Shown in pieces: positions 1 through 13,607 of a stretch of 64,000 bases of DNA. The first letter of the stretch is position 1. Each line of letters opens with the position of its first letter. Below the pieces are notes generated by a model, which was not told where the DNA came from, made no database searches, and was given only the letters and a program-made list of their open reading frames with translations. Both the position numbers and the translations under genes were made by a program. The stretch spans positions 65,844,001 through 65,908,000 of the forward strand of contig NC_043010.1 in the NCBI RefSeq assembly GCF_006345805.1, given 5' to 3'. Origin of the DNA: Octopus sinensis. Lineage: Eukaryota.

Positions 1-325
1 CGTTTCATATAGTTACATATATTTGTAATACAATACTCTCGGAGGGCATCCAACTGTAGAAACTCTGCCAGATCAGATTGGAGTCTGGTTCGCCAGACCT
101 CAGTCAAATCGTCCAACCCATGCTAGCATGGAAAGCGGACGTTAAATGATGATAATGATGATATCTTTGTGAGATATATTTTTGATATTAAATTTCATAC
201 TATTATTTCAAAATACAGTATATATATATGAGTGCATAAGTGTGTATGAGTGTGTATATATGGGCATATGTGCACATGTGTATTTGTATGCATGCACCCC
301 TGAGAGTGTATATGTAATTATAAGC

Positions 326-382
<57 letters not shown>

Positions 383-2589
383 CTGGGTACATATGTGAGT
401 AAATTGAGCTTAGATGTGTGTGCGTGTATGTGTGTGTGTGTGTTAGTGTAAGTGTGAGCATGAATGTCTCCTTGTGCTCTTAGTGGTTGATGTGACATGG
501 CTGGGGTTAAGCAACATCATCATCATCATCATTATCATCATTAACAAATTCAACAGTAGCACAGCAACTGCAGATAATTACATAATTATCAATAAATTAG
601 AGTAGAAAATATCCACCACCATCACCACTACCACCACCACCACCATCACCACCACCACTACCCACCATCACCACCACCACCACCACAAAACAATGTCTCC
701 TTTTCGTTAAGTCCCCACCTCTGTGTCCTAACCATGAAGATTAGAAAAACATAACAACCAAACATAGACGTAGTTGTGTGGTTAAGAAGTTTGCTTCACA
801 ACCACATGGTTCCAAGTTCAATCCCACTGCACAGCAACATGGCTAAGTATCTTCTTTTTTTATAAAACCTTGTGATTGAATCGTTGCCATGCATGACAAA
901 ATGTTTCGTGGCATTTCTTCAGGCACTTTACGTCCCAGGTTCAAATCCTGCTGAGGTCTTCTTTGCTGATCCTCCTTTCATGGTTAGTAAAATATAGTAC
1001 CAGGAAAGTACTGGGGTTAATGTTATCGAAATTGCTGGCCTTGTGCCAACATTAGAAAGAATTATATAACCTTGTGGTGACCAAAATGCACTGTGAATAG
1101 AACTTAGTAGACATAAAAATCTCTGTAAATGAGTACAAGTTATAAACAGTAACTTAGCGTTGCGACAAATAGTGATCAATGAAATAAGTAGCAGAATAAA
1201 ACAAGGGGGTTGGCATGGCTTGAAGGAAATGCTCCAGCATGGCCACATTCCTTTGATTGAAACCAGCAAGAGGGCACAGGGCTTGGCTGTGTGGTAAGAA
1301 GCTTGCTCAGGTCGACCCAACACTATAATAGAAGAAACTTGCCTAAGGTGCCATGCAGTGAAACTGAACCCAGATTCGTGTGGTTGGGCAGCAGACTTCT
1401 TACCACAGAGCCAAGCCTGCGCCTATATGGAGTGGGGGAATGGGGGACATCAGAAGATTACCACCATTAAGAACAGTAACAGCCCATTCCTGATATTGTC
1501 ACTTCATTATATCACCACCACCACCACCACCACCACCATCACCACTACCACCACCACATTCACCAACATCACCATCATTACCAGCAACAACAGCAATAAC
1601 TTCTTTATTACTTCCATTACCACTCCTGTTTCAGTCAGAAGTGTTTTAATAAAGGTCTTACTACTGACATTACACACACACAAATACCCGTGGACGCATG
1701 TCCCCCGCACGCATTCATACACAAGCCTCACGCAAATACGTAGATACGGACATACAGATACACAAACGCACACATGAATATATATATAGATGTATATGTT
1801 CATGAGCGCGAGGTGTGTCTGTAGATCTATGCATGATTACTTGATGTGTACCAAAACCTTCCCATACACAGACTATCATTGGCACACATGCATGTGGGCA
1901 ATAGATAGGTGGATAAGCAACCCCCCCCCCCAAACACACACACACACACACTTTGTACAAATATAAAATAAACTCTGCTTGTGAGTTCAGAGCAGTCCTC
2001 ATTGAATTGGTTGCAATCCACCTCTTTCGTTCTCATCTCTGAATTCTTCATTATTTACTTGATTCGCTTATTTTTTCCGTATTTACCGACACGACCATCA
2101 TCAACGTCAGGTTATTGCCAATTACTCACAGTAGGGGTAAAACATCAAAGGGGTCTAGCTCTCGTATCTAGAGCTGGCCTTAGGACTACCCAACGACAAC
2201 AACCACTACCACGATTATCTCACCACAGTCAGTGTTTCAAAGTATGCTGACGTTTGCTTGATGTGGAAGTTTTAAAGTGAAGAAGGTCGACAATTTTAAA
2301 TGAAATATCATCTTTAGAGAGGCCTTGTTGACTAATATAGGAGAGTAACCAGATTTTGGAGGGTTTGGTGTTCGGTATTTGATTTCAAATACGTTGAAGG
2401 AAAAGTGACAATTTTCATACGCCCCTCTCCGATACCGTCACATACCATAATTTCAAGCATTACCAAAATACCACCATGTCCAATGATTATTCTTCTAAAA
2501 TAACCGCCACCACTTCTCTTCTCTAATCACCTCATTTCATCTTCCATGAAACCATTCGTCACCAGGTCTAAGCTATGTTAAAATTAATG

Positions 2590-2900
2590 CGTAGAAGATT
2601 CAATACATGCGACTCATGACTCAAGTTTTCGTATTGAAAACTAAATTTACGCATATAAAGATTCACTGGAGATACAGTTTATGCCATTCAAGACAAGTTT
2701 TACTGTAAAAAAAAAAAAAAAAGAATTATATTACGTCGGCGAAGATTCAATTTACGAACTTTCAAACTCTAATTACGTAGGTAAGAATTCAATTTTACAT
2801 CCTCGAGACTCAATTTATACAGGCGAAGACTCAATTTATGCTCCGCAATACATAATCTGCATCTTCTGAAACGCAATTTGTGATGTTAAAGACACGATTT
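2590..2900. repeat. Degenerate ~21-bp tandem repeat
   Basis: Recurrent GAAGA(T/C)TCAATTTAC(G) units. Confidence 0.55.
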
Positions 2901-3332
2901 ACGCCGCTCATATTATAAATCTTAACAAGAACAAAGTCGGGTTTATGTTAAGAGAAGGAGATGTTATCATCGGGTAGATGAGCTTAATTGGAACAAAAAT
3001 TGGAAGGAAAAAATAATAAATTGAACAGTTTCAGTAGCAACTGGGACAAATCTTTAACGGCCACAAAGTCAGGGAAGATCTTCTCTACACTTTCAGAAAG
3101 AAGGGACACTTTTTTTTTGTATCTTTGATAGTGTCCAGCAATCAGCATTAATTAAACATCCCCCACCACCAGCGCCTCTATCACAACATCCTCATTACTG
3201 CCGCCGCCGCCACCATCACAAAGGGAAAATGGAAGGTATTGAATTGTCTTCAGTAAGTAACTGATATCAGTCTCTCTCTCTTTCTCTCTCTCTTTCTGTC
3301 TTTCTCTCTGTGTCACTTTATCAATCTAAATA

Positions 3333-3363
<31 letters not shown>

Positions 3364-4064
3364 TCTATCTATGGATGGTTATGTTTGTAGATTTTGCAGT
3401 GGATAAAATGACCAAGCGGTTAATAAGTTTGCTTCACAATCACGAAGCCCCAGTTTGATCCCTTTGTCAAAACAATTATACACAATCAAACGCCCGCACA
3501 CACACACACACACACACACACATTAGTGCTAACATGCTATCTTAAATATAGTGCTATGTCAGTAACACAGGCTTTCGTAATATTTATTTAATCCATATTT
3601 TAGCATGAGAGTAAAAAAGGGTTAAATGGAGAAATACATGAAGTCTAGGATGTAAAAATGACACATGAAAGACTGATAACCATAGATACAGAGAGTTCTT
3701 CATTGGCTGGAAACATTTAGTTGCAATTCTAGCTATGGCTGTTCATTTTTTTATATATGAGGGATTACATCCTCATAACAGTAACTTAGCATTGCGACAA
3801 ATAATGATCAATGTAATCCATGCTTTTTGAAGGTGTACATACAGCATATATATCGTTTTTGTCTTTCTTTCTTTCTCTTGACTTGCTTCTAACTCTACCT
3901 TGATTAGGGGCCCATCCGGAACGTCAGAGTACTTCTTTTCTTTTCCAGCATACCACTCATGGTGCAGGTTGTTTATTATTACTCGTGCCTGTGTTTACAT
4001 TTTGTGCATCTCTTTACAAATTATTGTTGACTTGTATCTCCTCATGTTCCCCATCTCTCTCTCT

Positions 4065-4438
4065 TTTACTCTTTTACATGTTTCAGTCACCGCCTTTAAT
4101 TGAGCAACTCGACCCCAGGACTTATTCTTTTGTAAGCCCAGTACTTATTCTATCGACCTCTTTTGCCGAACCGCTAAGTAACGGGGACATAAACACACCA
4201 GCATCGGTTGTCAAGCAATGCTAGGGGGACAAACACAGACACACAAACATACACATGCATATATATATATACATATATACGACAGGCTTCTTTTCAGTTT
4301 CCATCTACCAAATCCATTCACAAGGCTTTGGTCGGCCCGAGGCTATAGTAGAAGACACTTGCCCAAGGTGCCACGCAGTGGGACTGAACCTGGAACCATG
4401 TGGTTGGTAAACAAGCTACTTACCACACAGCCACTCCT
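4065..4438 (-). mobile_element. tRNA-derived SINE family A (head AGGAGTGGCTGTGTGGT...); other copies ~10002+, 10255-, 14885-, 19236+, 30845-, 31245-, 47315+, 50395-, 51510-
   Basis: Near-identical ~380-bp copies with A/B-box-like head, internal (TA)n/(CA)n and AAAAGAGT tail. Confidence 0.85.
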
Positions 4439-5674
4439 GGCCATTTCTTGTTCTTTTTGCTCCATTGTTGCTATTTCACACACACACACATACTCACACA
4501 GGGTGCATTCCAGACATTTACAGCTTTTTTCAGGAGAGACATTTATTCATTTCAAAGAAGCACAAAACCCTAATCCCCTTCAAAGTAGGGTCCTCTGATA
4601 TCAATGCACTACTTGTGGTACTCCAGTCACACCATGAAGACCCCATGAAAGTCCTTCAATTTGAAGGTCTCCAAGATCCTTGTTACTGCCTCCATCTTCA
4701 GACCGTCTGCTCCTGAGTTTCTTATTTCTTTATTGCCCACAAGGGGCTAAACATAGAGGGGACAAACAAGGACAGACAAAGGAATTAAGTCGATGACATC
4801 GACCCCCAGTGCATAACTGGTACGTAATTTATCGACACCGAAAGGATCAAAGGCAAAGTTGACTTCGGCGGAATTTGAACTCAGAACGTAACAGCAGACG
4901 AAATACTGCTAAGCATTTTGCCCGGTGTGCTAACGTTTTTGCCAGCTCCTGAGTTTATCCTTTGGGATGGGGAAGAGCTAAAAGTCACAGAGAACAACGT
5001 CTGGGATCTGGACTGTGAGGGGCAATTTTGATGCCCATCTCTGCCAAGTAGATGCTCGTCACTGAGAAAACAAACATTTCACAGATTTTATGCATGAACT
5101 GACTCTGAAAGAATGAAAGACTAAGTTTATTTGAAGCTGGAATCATATAACACGATTTTTCATTGAATGTCTATAGGTGTTTTTCCAAAATAGCAGGGAT
5201 CAAGAGACCAAGTAACAATCGTAGTGAAGAAATCAATATTGCTCCATATGAACCACTGGGTGGCTCTGCTCAAAAGTTGGATTTTTCAGTTTTTATAACT
5301 GCAAGCAAAAGTTTCTAGAACTTTCAAACAAACTATTTGACAGGAAAACTCATATACTTCTTTTGAAGTTAGATGTTTCAGCCATAACCAGTCAAAATGA
5401 ATTAGAAAAGTTGGGAATTGAAACCAGGTTTGACTCAGCTCACTGAAAGCCATGGTTGCTCTCCTAAAGTTGATGGAAGCTAATTTGAGTTGGGTCTTTA
5501 TGCAAAACTTTGCGTGTACATCACCTGCAGTTGAAAAATGTTTCATTGCTAGAAAGACAAGTGGATATTAAACAAATTGCCTAAATTTAGTGCAAAGCAA
5601 TATTTTCCAATACTTATTAAGCATTTCTGACCACTAATAAATGCACGCTTTTGACACACACATGCGTATAAACT

Positions 5675-6030
5675 CATCATCGTTTAATGTCTGCTTTCCA
5701 TGCTAGCATGGGTTGGACGATTTGACTGAGGACTGGTGAACCTGATGGCTGCACCAGGCTCCAATCTGATCTGGCAGAGTTCCTACAGCTGGATGCCCTT
5801 CCTAACGCCAACCACTCTGAGAGCGTAGTGGGTGCTTTTACGTGTCACCGGCACGAGGGCCAGTCAGGTGGTAACTGGTAACAGCCATGCTCAAATGGTG
5901 ATTTTTACGTGCCACCTGCACAGGAGCCAGTTCAGCGGCACGGGCAACGACCTCGCTCAAAAGTTTTTTTCACGTGCCAGTAAGGCGACGCTGGTAACAA
6001 TCACGCTCGAATAGTGCTTTTGCATGCCTT
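5675..6030 (-). mobile_element. SINE family C with (GAT)n tail and internal GTGCCGGTGGCACGTAAAAAGCACC repeats; other copies ~10955, 20170, 25460, 34225, 43457, 49330, 56830
   Basis: Repeated ...CCATGCTAGCATGGAAAACGGACGTTAAACGATGATGAT end; many copies in both orientations. Confidence 0.85.
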
Positions 6031-6210
6031 CGGAATCTGTTTCCAAATACAATAAAACTATTTGTAATTTGATTAAATTAATTTACAGTAAAACCCTATT
6101 TTGTTTGATTACAAATTGTTTTATTTCCTATTTAAACTATGTGACATGTTTGTTATTGTTTTTTTGTATTTCTTTTTCATTCTATTTTGTTTTAGTATAA
6201 CACGTCAACA

Positions 6211-7584
6211 ATGGCTACAATAGGAATACTGGGGACTGGAGATTATGGACGTGCTCTTGCCAAACGAATGCTACGTTGTGGATTAAAAGTGGTTTTTGGC
6301 AGTCGGGATCCTGCAAGCAGGCATCTGGAAGCCATTGACAAAGAACTTGCAGACGCAAAATTATCGACCGTTAAAGATGTCCTGTCAAATGAAAATATTG
6401 AAATTATCATTCTTGCTGTTCACCATTGGAACATTGATTCTTGTTTAGAGAATTTCAACGCTGAATCATCGCAAAAAATTTTCATCGACATATCGAACAA
6501 TGAAGAAATTCTTAAAGATGAATCGATTGCGGAAACGCTTGTCGCTAAGTTTCCAGGGATGCGTGTTGTGAAAGCTTTCAACACTTTATCTGCTTATGCT
6601 GTGGAAGACGATAATTTTGGTGGCAGCCGTCGAGTCTTAATTGCAGCAGATGACATTGAGGCCAGAGAAAAGGTGTCATGGCTTTGCTCCGAGATCGGAT
6701 TTGAATCAGTGACATACGGGTCGCTGAAAGCTGCAAGGGAACTCGAAGCTTATCCAACACGATTAATGCAAGGCTGGGGAAAAGCAACCATTTTTATGCT
6801 CATTGTTTTCTTTGCATGGAATATATTTGTTGGTGTAAAATATGTTTATTACTACAGTAAATACAATAAAAGGTTCCCATGGGAGACCATCCCTCTGCGC
6901 TTCATAAACAAATCAATTTGTATGACAGCCATTACTTTGCTTACATTCTCTTACCTACCTGGGTGCTTGGCTGCATTTTTACAGATTTACAACGGCAGTA
7001 AATACATAAGATTTCCCAATTTTTTAGATCTTTGGCTCAAGTCTCGAAAAATGCTGGGCTTGTATGCTTTGCTTTTCAGTTTGTGGCACGTCATTATATC
7101 AACAATATGTATGTCTCCCGGATACTGGGGAGGCTGGTTCCAATCCACTCGTATCACTTTACCAGAGAACACAACAGATTTAACGTTGAGCTTCTCCTCT
7201 CGAATGAACTTCCAAGGAGAAGCCAACATCAGTGCAGGCATTCTTGCTATTTTGTGTATGATTATTGTCGGGCTGTCTTCACTCCCATCTGTTGGCAACA
7301 TTTTGAACTGGAGAGAATGGCGGTTTGTACAGAGTCATCTTGGTTACATCACTCTTCTGTTCGCCACTGCCCATGTGCTCATCTTCAGTTTTCCTTACTG
7401 GATCAGGAGACCATCTGGTCTGTGGAAGAGCTCAACATTTTTGAGTTGTCTGATCCCTATGATTACTCTTTGCCTCAAATTCCTCCTGTTGTTGCCATGT
7501 ATTGGAAACTATGTGTATAAAATACGATCTGGCTGGGAAAGGAAGAAATCTTCAAAGTCCCTTTTAACAACCATATGCTTGTAA
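6211..7584 (+). CDS. STEAP4: STEAP-family metalloreductase (STEAP4-like), single coding exon, 457 aa
   Basis: The N-terminal NADPH oxidoreductase domain has GILGTGDYG, GSR, DISN and VVKAFNTLSA. A six-TM ferric reductase domain follows, with RKMLGL, heme His in SLWHV and TAHVL, LNWREWRFVQSHLGY and KIRSGWE. A splice acceptor (ttttgttttag|) at 6195 implies an upstream 5'UTR exon. Paralog assignment is tentative. Confidence 0.93.
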   Translation: MATIGILGTGDYGRALAKRMLRCGLKVVFGSRDPASRHLEAIDKELADAKLSTVKDVLSNENIEIIILAVHHWNIDSCLENFNAESSQKIFIDISNNEEILKDESIAETLVAKFPGMRVVKAFNTLSAYAVEDDNFGGSRRVLIAADDIEAREKVSWLCSEIGFESVTYGSLKAARELEAYPTRLMQGWGKATIFMLIVFFAWNIFVGVKYVYYYSKYNKRFPWETIPLRFINKSICMTAITLLTFSYLPGCLAAFLQIYNGSKYIRFPNFLDLWLKSRKMLGLYALLFSLWHVIISTICMSPGYWGGWFQSTRITLPENTTDLTLSFSSRMNFQGEANISAGILAILCMIIVGLSSLPSVGNILNWREWRFVQSHLGYITLLFATAHVLIFSFPYWIRRPSGLWKSSTFLSCLIPMITLCLKFLLLLPCIGNYVYKIRSGWERKKSSKSLLTTICL

Positions 7585-8389
7585 AAGCAATAATAACATT
7601 TTGTGAAATATCAGTGAAGTGTCAAAGATGGGAGAGAATGGCATAAAATATTTTAATACCATTATATATATATCTGTATGTGTGTGTGTATACACATCTG
7701 TGTATGTGTGTGTGTGTGTGTGTATACCAAATTAAGCAACAGGATATCATGAAGTATGGCCATTTCAAGTGGCTCCATTTAATTGAACATCAATTTAAAT
7801 GCAGGACTATCATCAGCTTCACAAATAAATAAATAGAATTTTAATCAGTTGAACATATTAATATAATTCTGTTGTGTCTGGGGAGAGTCATTTTCTTTTT
7901 GTGCCTTATAATGTAACGCACTCACCGGTAAAATTTCCACTTATTTCTTATTTTTATTTTCCTAAAATTTTCGTTGCGTCTTGCAACCTTTTCAACAGAA
8001 TATGCTTCAACACACGAAATCATATAAAGAATCTTGCAAACCAAATCCAAAAACGAAATATTAATATAATTTTACTCAAATACTCTAACAGAGCAAGAAG
8101 ATGGAAGAAATCCCTATTGTAGCGAAGAATATACTATTCTTCGCTACAATAGCGACAACATAGATTTCTCCCATGTTAACACTATCTCAATTATATATAT
8201 ATATATATATATGCATATATTAAAGTAATACTTTCTTACTTTTGATAAGGTACAACAATGTATTGAGACAACTGTACTGTTATCAGATATTACTTTCTTA
8301 GTGAATAAATTTACATTCGGCATATATATTGTTCAAATATATTATCTTATAAAATATATATTATGGGAGGAGGTTACAAATGATTGCCC

Positions 8390-8655
8390 ACACTAGAACC
8401 AAATACCGTGAAATGGGATGACGTGAGCAGAAGAAAAACAGGGACTTGCCACCAAAGAAAAGTGCACTCAACCGAAGCAAAAGCCAGTAGTGTTAGCAGA
8501 GAATTCCTTCAAATGCAGTCGCTGTATGCATGATTGCCATTCCCGTGTGGGCCTGTACAACCACAACAGACACTGTGCCACCATCAGCAGCTGACATGAT
8601 TTCTTTGGACACAGATCCATGGCCTCTCGAGACCGATGGATGCCTACTATTACTA
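8390..8655 (+). mobile_element. RTE-clade LINE 3' fragment
   Basis: Encodes FKCSRCMHDCHSRVGLYNHNRHC, an RTE C-terminal Zn-finger-like motif, with a short-repeat tail. Confidence 0.65.
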
Positions 8656-9000
8656 TAATATTATATTATATTATATAAAATGTGTGTGTGCATGAGGAGA
8701 GAAAGATTCTATATGCAAACTTGGATGATTTTTTCCTTTTGTTTTTCAAAATTTTATTAGATTTCATTGACCTTATGATATTTTTTGTAAATTTATAAAA
8801 ACTGTATTCATCAAACAGATTTTTGTTGTATGCAGATACGTATGTAATGTATAACATGTTATGGCATATTCTTACAAAATAAATTAGTATCAAAATAAGC
8901 TAATCTTGTTGACTCATCTTCTTTCACCATAATAATACCTCTATTTCAAAAGGACTGTTCATTTTGTAACATTGCCACCAACAATGGACATAATAAAAAA

Positions 9001-9322
9001 TATTGGGTTGTCTGGAAAGTTTGTACCAATTTATAGTAACTTACCTTTTGACTTAATTTAGAACATGGTTGAGTCCATAAAATAGGATTTGACTACACCT
9101 CCATTTAGAGCACAGTTTAAGCTATCTTTTCGTGGAAGAAGATTTATGTTCCTATAGCTTGTGTTAATTCTGTAACCCTTTAAAATGGAAGATAAGAAAG
9201 TTCATTTTCGGCACTTGATGCTTTGGGAACCAGACAAAAATTGCTGCAGCTCGGCTGGGATGTGTTACCCCACCCTCCATATTCACCAGATATTGCTCCT
9301 TCAGATTTCCACTTATTCAGGT
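9001..9322 (+). mobile_element. Internally deleted mariner (DD34D-type) remnant
   Basis: The start [13 protein letters not shown] is fused to [31 protein letters not shown] (YSPDLAP motif). Confidence 0.85.
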
Positions 9323-10625
9323 CCCCTCCCCAAATATTTCAGGCCTTGTGTTTAGAGTAGAAAAGGATATTTACCTTGTCTTAAAGGTGGCAAGCTGGCA
9401 GAAACATTAGCATGCCAGGAAAAATGCTTATTGGTATTTTGTCTGTTACATTATGAGTTCAAATTCTGCCAAGATCGACTTTGCCTTTCTCCTTTCAGGG
9501 CCAATAAATTAAGTACCAGTTGCATACTGGAGTCAATCTAATCGACTGGCCTCCTCCTCCAAAATTCCAGGCCTTTTGCCTAGAGTAGAAAAGATTATTA
9601 ACTGAACTTGGTTGTCCAGATCGAGGGGAATCTACAAGAGAAAAAAAATTCCTGAACAAAACTGGCCAAGACATCATTGGCAATGATTGGACACTTAAAC
9701 CTTCATTTCCACAGAAAAAATAAATATTCCTTGCCACCACTATTTCTGAAGACCTGCTTTTGAAGTCCTACAGTATGCAGTGGCTGATATGGACCTGATC
9801 TAAACTTGTTTTTAAAGGACAAAAATTGATACTGATTTGATCAGTATGGTACAAAGAATCTGCAAAGAAAGGAAAAAAACACATCAAAATGCAAAAATTA
9901 ATGCTTATTTTATTGTGAGTATTGAAAAAGTACCCTCAAGGTGATCATGTTAGAAATGTGACAAGAGTTTCTAATCTAATATAAATATACGTAGGAGACA
10001 TAGGAGTGGCTGTGTGGTAAATAGCTTACTTACCAACCACATGGTTCTGGGTTCAGTCCCACTGCGTGGTACCTTGGGCAAGTGTCTTCTGCTATAGCCT
10101 TGGGCTGACAAAAGCCTTGTGAGTGGATTTGGTAGACGGAAACTGAAAGAAGCCCTTCGTAGTAACAGCAGTGCATCAGCATGGCCGCAGCTATGAGCTG
10201 ATACTACAGCAAAAAAAAACAAAAACATACGCATCACACACATATATATAGATTTCTGGTATTTGTTTCAGTCATTTGACTGCAGCCATGCTGGAGCATC
10301 GCCTTTCATAAAACAAATCGGCCCCAGGATTTATTCTTTGTAAGCCTAGTACTTATTCTATCGGTCTCTTTTTGCCAAACAGCTAAGTTATGGGGATGTA
10401 AACACACAAACATCAGTTGTCAAGTGAGGGTGAGGGGACAAACACAAGCACACAAACATATGTATATATATATATATATATACCACGGGCTTCTTTCAGT
10501 TTCCGTCTACCAAGTCAGCCTAAGTCTATAATAGAAGACACTTGCCCAAGGTGCTGATGCAGTGGGACTGAACCTGGAACCATGTGGTTGGGAACCAAGC
10601 TACTTACCACACAGCCACTCCTGCA

Positions 10626-10658
<33 letters not shown>

Positions 10659-11518
10659 TTTTTACATGCTTCAGTCATTTTGACAGAGGCCATGCTAGAG
10701 CAACACCTTAAAGGGTTTTAGTCAAACAAATTGATCCCAGGACTTATTCTCTTTTAAAGCCTAGTACGTATTGTATCAGTCTTTTTGCTGAACTGATAAG
10801 TTATGGGGACATAAACACACCAATACTGGTTGTCAAGCAGTGATAGGGGACAAACACAGACACAACAGCACACATACAAATATCTGTTGAGGCAAATGAA
10901 ATCGATATCAAAATTGAATTTGAAATCGAACCAAATTCGATTGGCACCCATGCCAACCTTACTTCATTGGACACTAAACTCTGCTTGCAAAGACCTGTTG
11001 GAGCAAGTGAAATCGAAATTGAACCAAATTCGATGACTGACACCCGTGCCAGTGGAGCACTAACAGCTCCATCCGAGCGGGATCACAGCCAGAGCACCTG
11101 TCTGGCTTCCGTGCCGGTGGCACGTAAAAAGCACCATCTGAGTGTGATCGTTACCAGCGTCGCCTTACTGGCACATGAACAAAACATTCGAACGAGGTCG
11201 TTGCCAGTGCTGCTGGACTGACTCCTGTGCAGGTGGCACGTAAAAACACCATTTGAGCGTGGATGTTGCCAGTACTGCCAGAATGGCCCTCGTGCCGGTG
11301 GCACGTAAAAGCACCCACTACACTCTCAGAGTGGTTGGCATTAGGCAGGGCATCCAGCTGTAGAAACTCTGCCAGATCAGATTGGAGTCCGGTGCAGCCA
11401 TCTGGTTCGCCAGTCCTCAGTCAAATCGTCCAACCCATGCTAGCATGGAAGGCGGACGTTAAATGATGATGATGATAGATAGATAGATAGATAGATAGAT
11501 ATATAGATAGATAGATAT

Positions 11519-11580
<62 letters not shown>

Positions 11581-11726
11581 TTATATCTATATATACACGA
11601 CTGGCTTCTTTCAGTTTCCATCTACCAAATCCACTCACAAGACTTTGGTGGAACACACTTGCCCAAGGTGCCATACAGAACCATGTGGTTGAGAAGCAAG
11701 CATCTTACCCCACAACTACAACTGCG

Positions 11727-11802
<76 letters not shown>

Positions 11803-11810
<8 letters not shown>

Positions 11811-12036
11811 ATTCGAGACAAAACCACTATTTTAAAACGAAACAAGGAAAGACTTAATCAATACATAAAATTTTAATATAAATTAAATAAAATAAATAAA
11901 TAAATATAAATTAAATAATTATTTTAAATTATTTATTTATTTTATTTATTTATTTAATTTATATTAAAATTTTATGTATTGATTAAGTCTTTCCTTGTTT
12001 GGTTTTAAAATAGTGGTTTTGTCTCGAATTATATTA
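11803..12036. repeat. Long AT-rich palindrome (~85-bp near-perfect arms)
   Basis: ATAATTCGAGACAAAACCACTATTTTAAAAC...CATAAAATTTTAATATAAATTAAATAAA is mirrored in reverse complement. Confidence 0.9.
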
Positions 12037-13414
12037 TATAATATTTTACTATAAAATTAGATTTAACCCTAAATCTGATTTTTCCCTGTAATTTTGGATT
12101 CATTCCCTAATATTTATTATATATATATATATATATATAAGGATGTATATTACATGCATGCTTCAAACACACATATACTGAGGCTAAATAATTGAAAAGA
12201 GTGTATACTTGTGTTTTTTTCTCTTCGGTTAAAATATTGTTTGTTTGTTTTTTTTTTTTAATTTCTGCAGTGTTAAACATAAAAAAACCTAAGATTATTA
12301 CAGATGACTTTTATAGGGGAAAATAATTAGATACCCGTTCTTCGATCTAGTCAGGTGCATTGTCCAAACATCTGGTGAAAATAGAATGATGTGCATCCAA
12401 AAATTTTCTAGTTCCATAGCAACAGATTTTCCCATTTACGGAATAGAGGAAGGAGAAGTTGTGGTGTTAATTCCAGTACTACAAAGCAAATCCTGATATC
12501 GATTATTTTAGTGAATCCAGAAGAAAGAATACCAAAATCAACCTTGAAGGAATTTGAACACGGAATATAAAAAATCTTTTTGACATTTTGTTAACATTGA
12601 CAGAACGTCGGACAAAATATCTCGCTAAGGCGAAATGCTTAGCGGTATTTCGTCTGCGTTACGTTGTGAGTTCAAATTCCGCTGAAGTCGACTTTGCCTT
12701 TCATCCTTTCGGGGTTGATAAATTAAGTACCAGTTACGCACTGGGGTCGATGTAATCGACTTAATACCTATGTCGGCAGTCCTTGTTTGTCCCCTCTGTG
12801 TTTAGCCCCTTGTGGGCAATAAAGAAATAGGACAAAATATCTCGTGGGCTTTTATGTTCTGAGTTCAAACACCACCGATGTTAACTTTGTCTTTCATTTT
12901 CTCGGTGTTGATAAAATAATAATGTACCATTCAAACACTAGAGATGATATCCTTTCTACAATAAGTACAAGTCCTGAAATTTGGAGGTCGAGGAGACTGG
13001 TCGATTATATTGACCCTAATACTGCTACTTATTTAATTGACTCCGAACAGGCAAAGTCGACTTCGGTGGAATTTGAATTCAGAATGTAAAGCCACAAGAA
13101 ATGTCGCTTAGCATTTTGTCCGCCGCGCTAACGATTGTCAGCTAACCGCTTTAACATTGGAGAAGAAATAATCGGCTGCTCCTTGCTACCAAACTTGTGG
13201 CTTTCTCCTTTGTAAAAAATCGATATAGAATAATGGCTTCAACAAGCAACCGAAAACGAGTTGTAAACTCCCATTCTCTGACTCTACAAGGTTCACGATT
13301 AAAGTAATTTCTTAGTAACAAGTCGTCAGGTTTATGAGAAGGAAAAGGGAAAAGACTCGTGACTTTCGTAACTGCTTTTGGCATGCGTTTTTTGTTGACA
13401 TTCTATGGCAATTC

Positions 13415-13428
13415 GTTGCTATGGAAAT
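13415..13428 (+). promoter_or_regulatory. RFX X-box-like motif upstream of SFI1
   Basis: GTTGCTATGGAAAT versus the palindromic consensus GTTGCCATGGCAAC. An adjacent half-site TATGGCAAT lies at about 13404-13412, in a locally CpG-rich region. Confidence 0.6.
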
Positions 13429-13607
13429 CGTTACTCGATTATCTCCCTTGGATTTAGTTAAACATTTAAGAAAAAGAACTCTTCACTGTTTGGAAACACT
13501 AAATTACTTTGACGCGCTTTACTTGATATTGTGATTATTTTATTATTATTTATCATACAGAGAATTTTCATCTAATTCAACTTCATGGATATTTACCATC
13601 CTTAATT

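Noticed and set aside
182-2250. Several 70-140 aa ORFs at the window start
   Set aside because: They are low-complexity (TA)n/(CA)n/(CAC)n and SINE translations with no splice-consistent model.
4218-4598. Recurrent ORF family '...RGYSRRHLPKVPRSGTEPGTMWLV...'
   Set aside because: It is the antisense translation of SINE family A, not a gene family.
7032-7520. 162-aa alternative-frame ORF inside STEAP
   Set aside because: It is a shadow ORF with no recognisable motif and no independent start context.
10955-11475. Repeat-spacer-like pattern (GTGCCGGTGGCACGTAAAAAGCACC recurring) resembling a CRISPR array
   Set aside because: It is an internal tandem repeat of a dispersed SINE. The 'spacers' are homologous to each other, there are no cas genes, and the context is eukaryotic.
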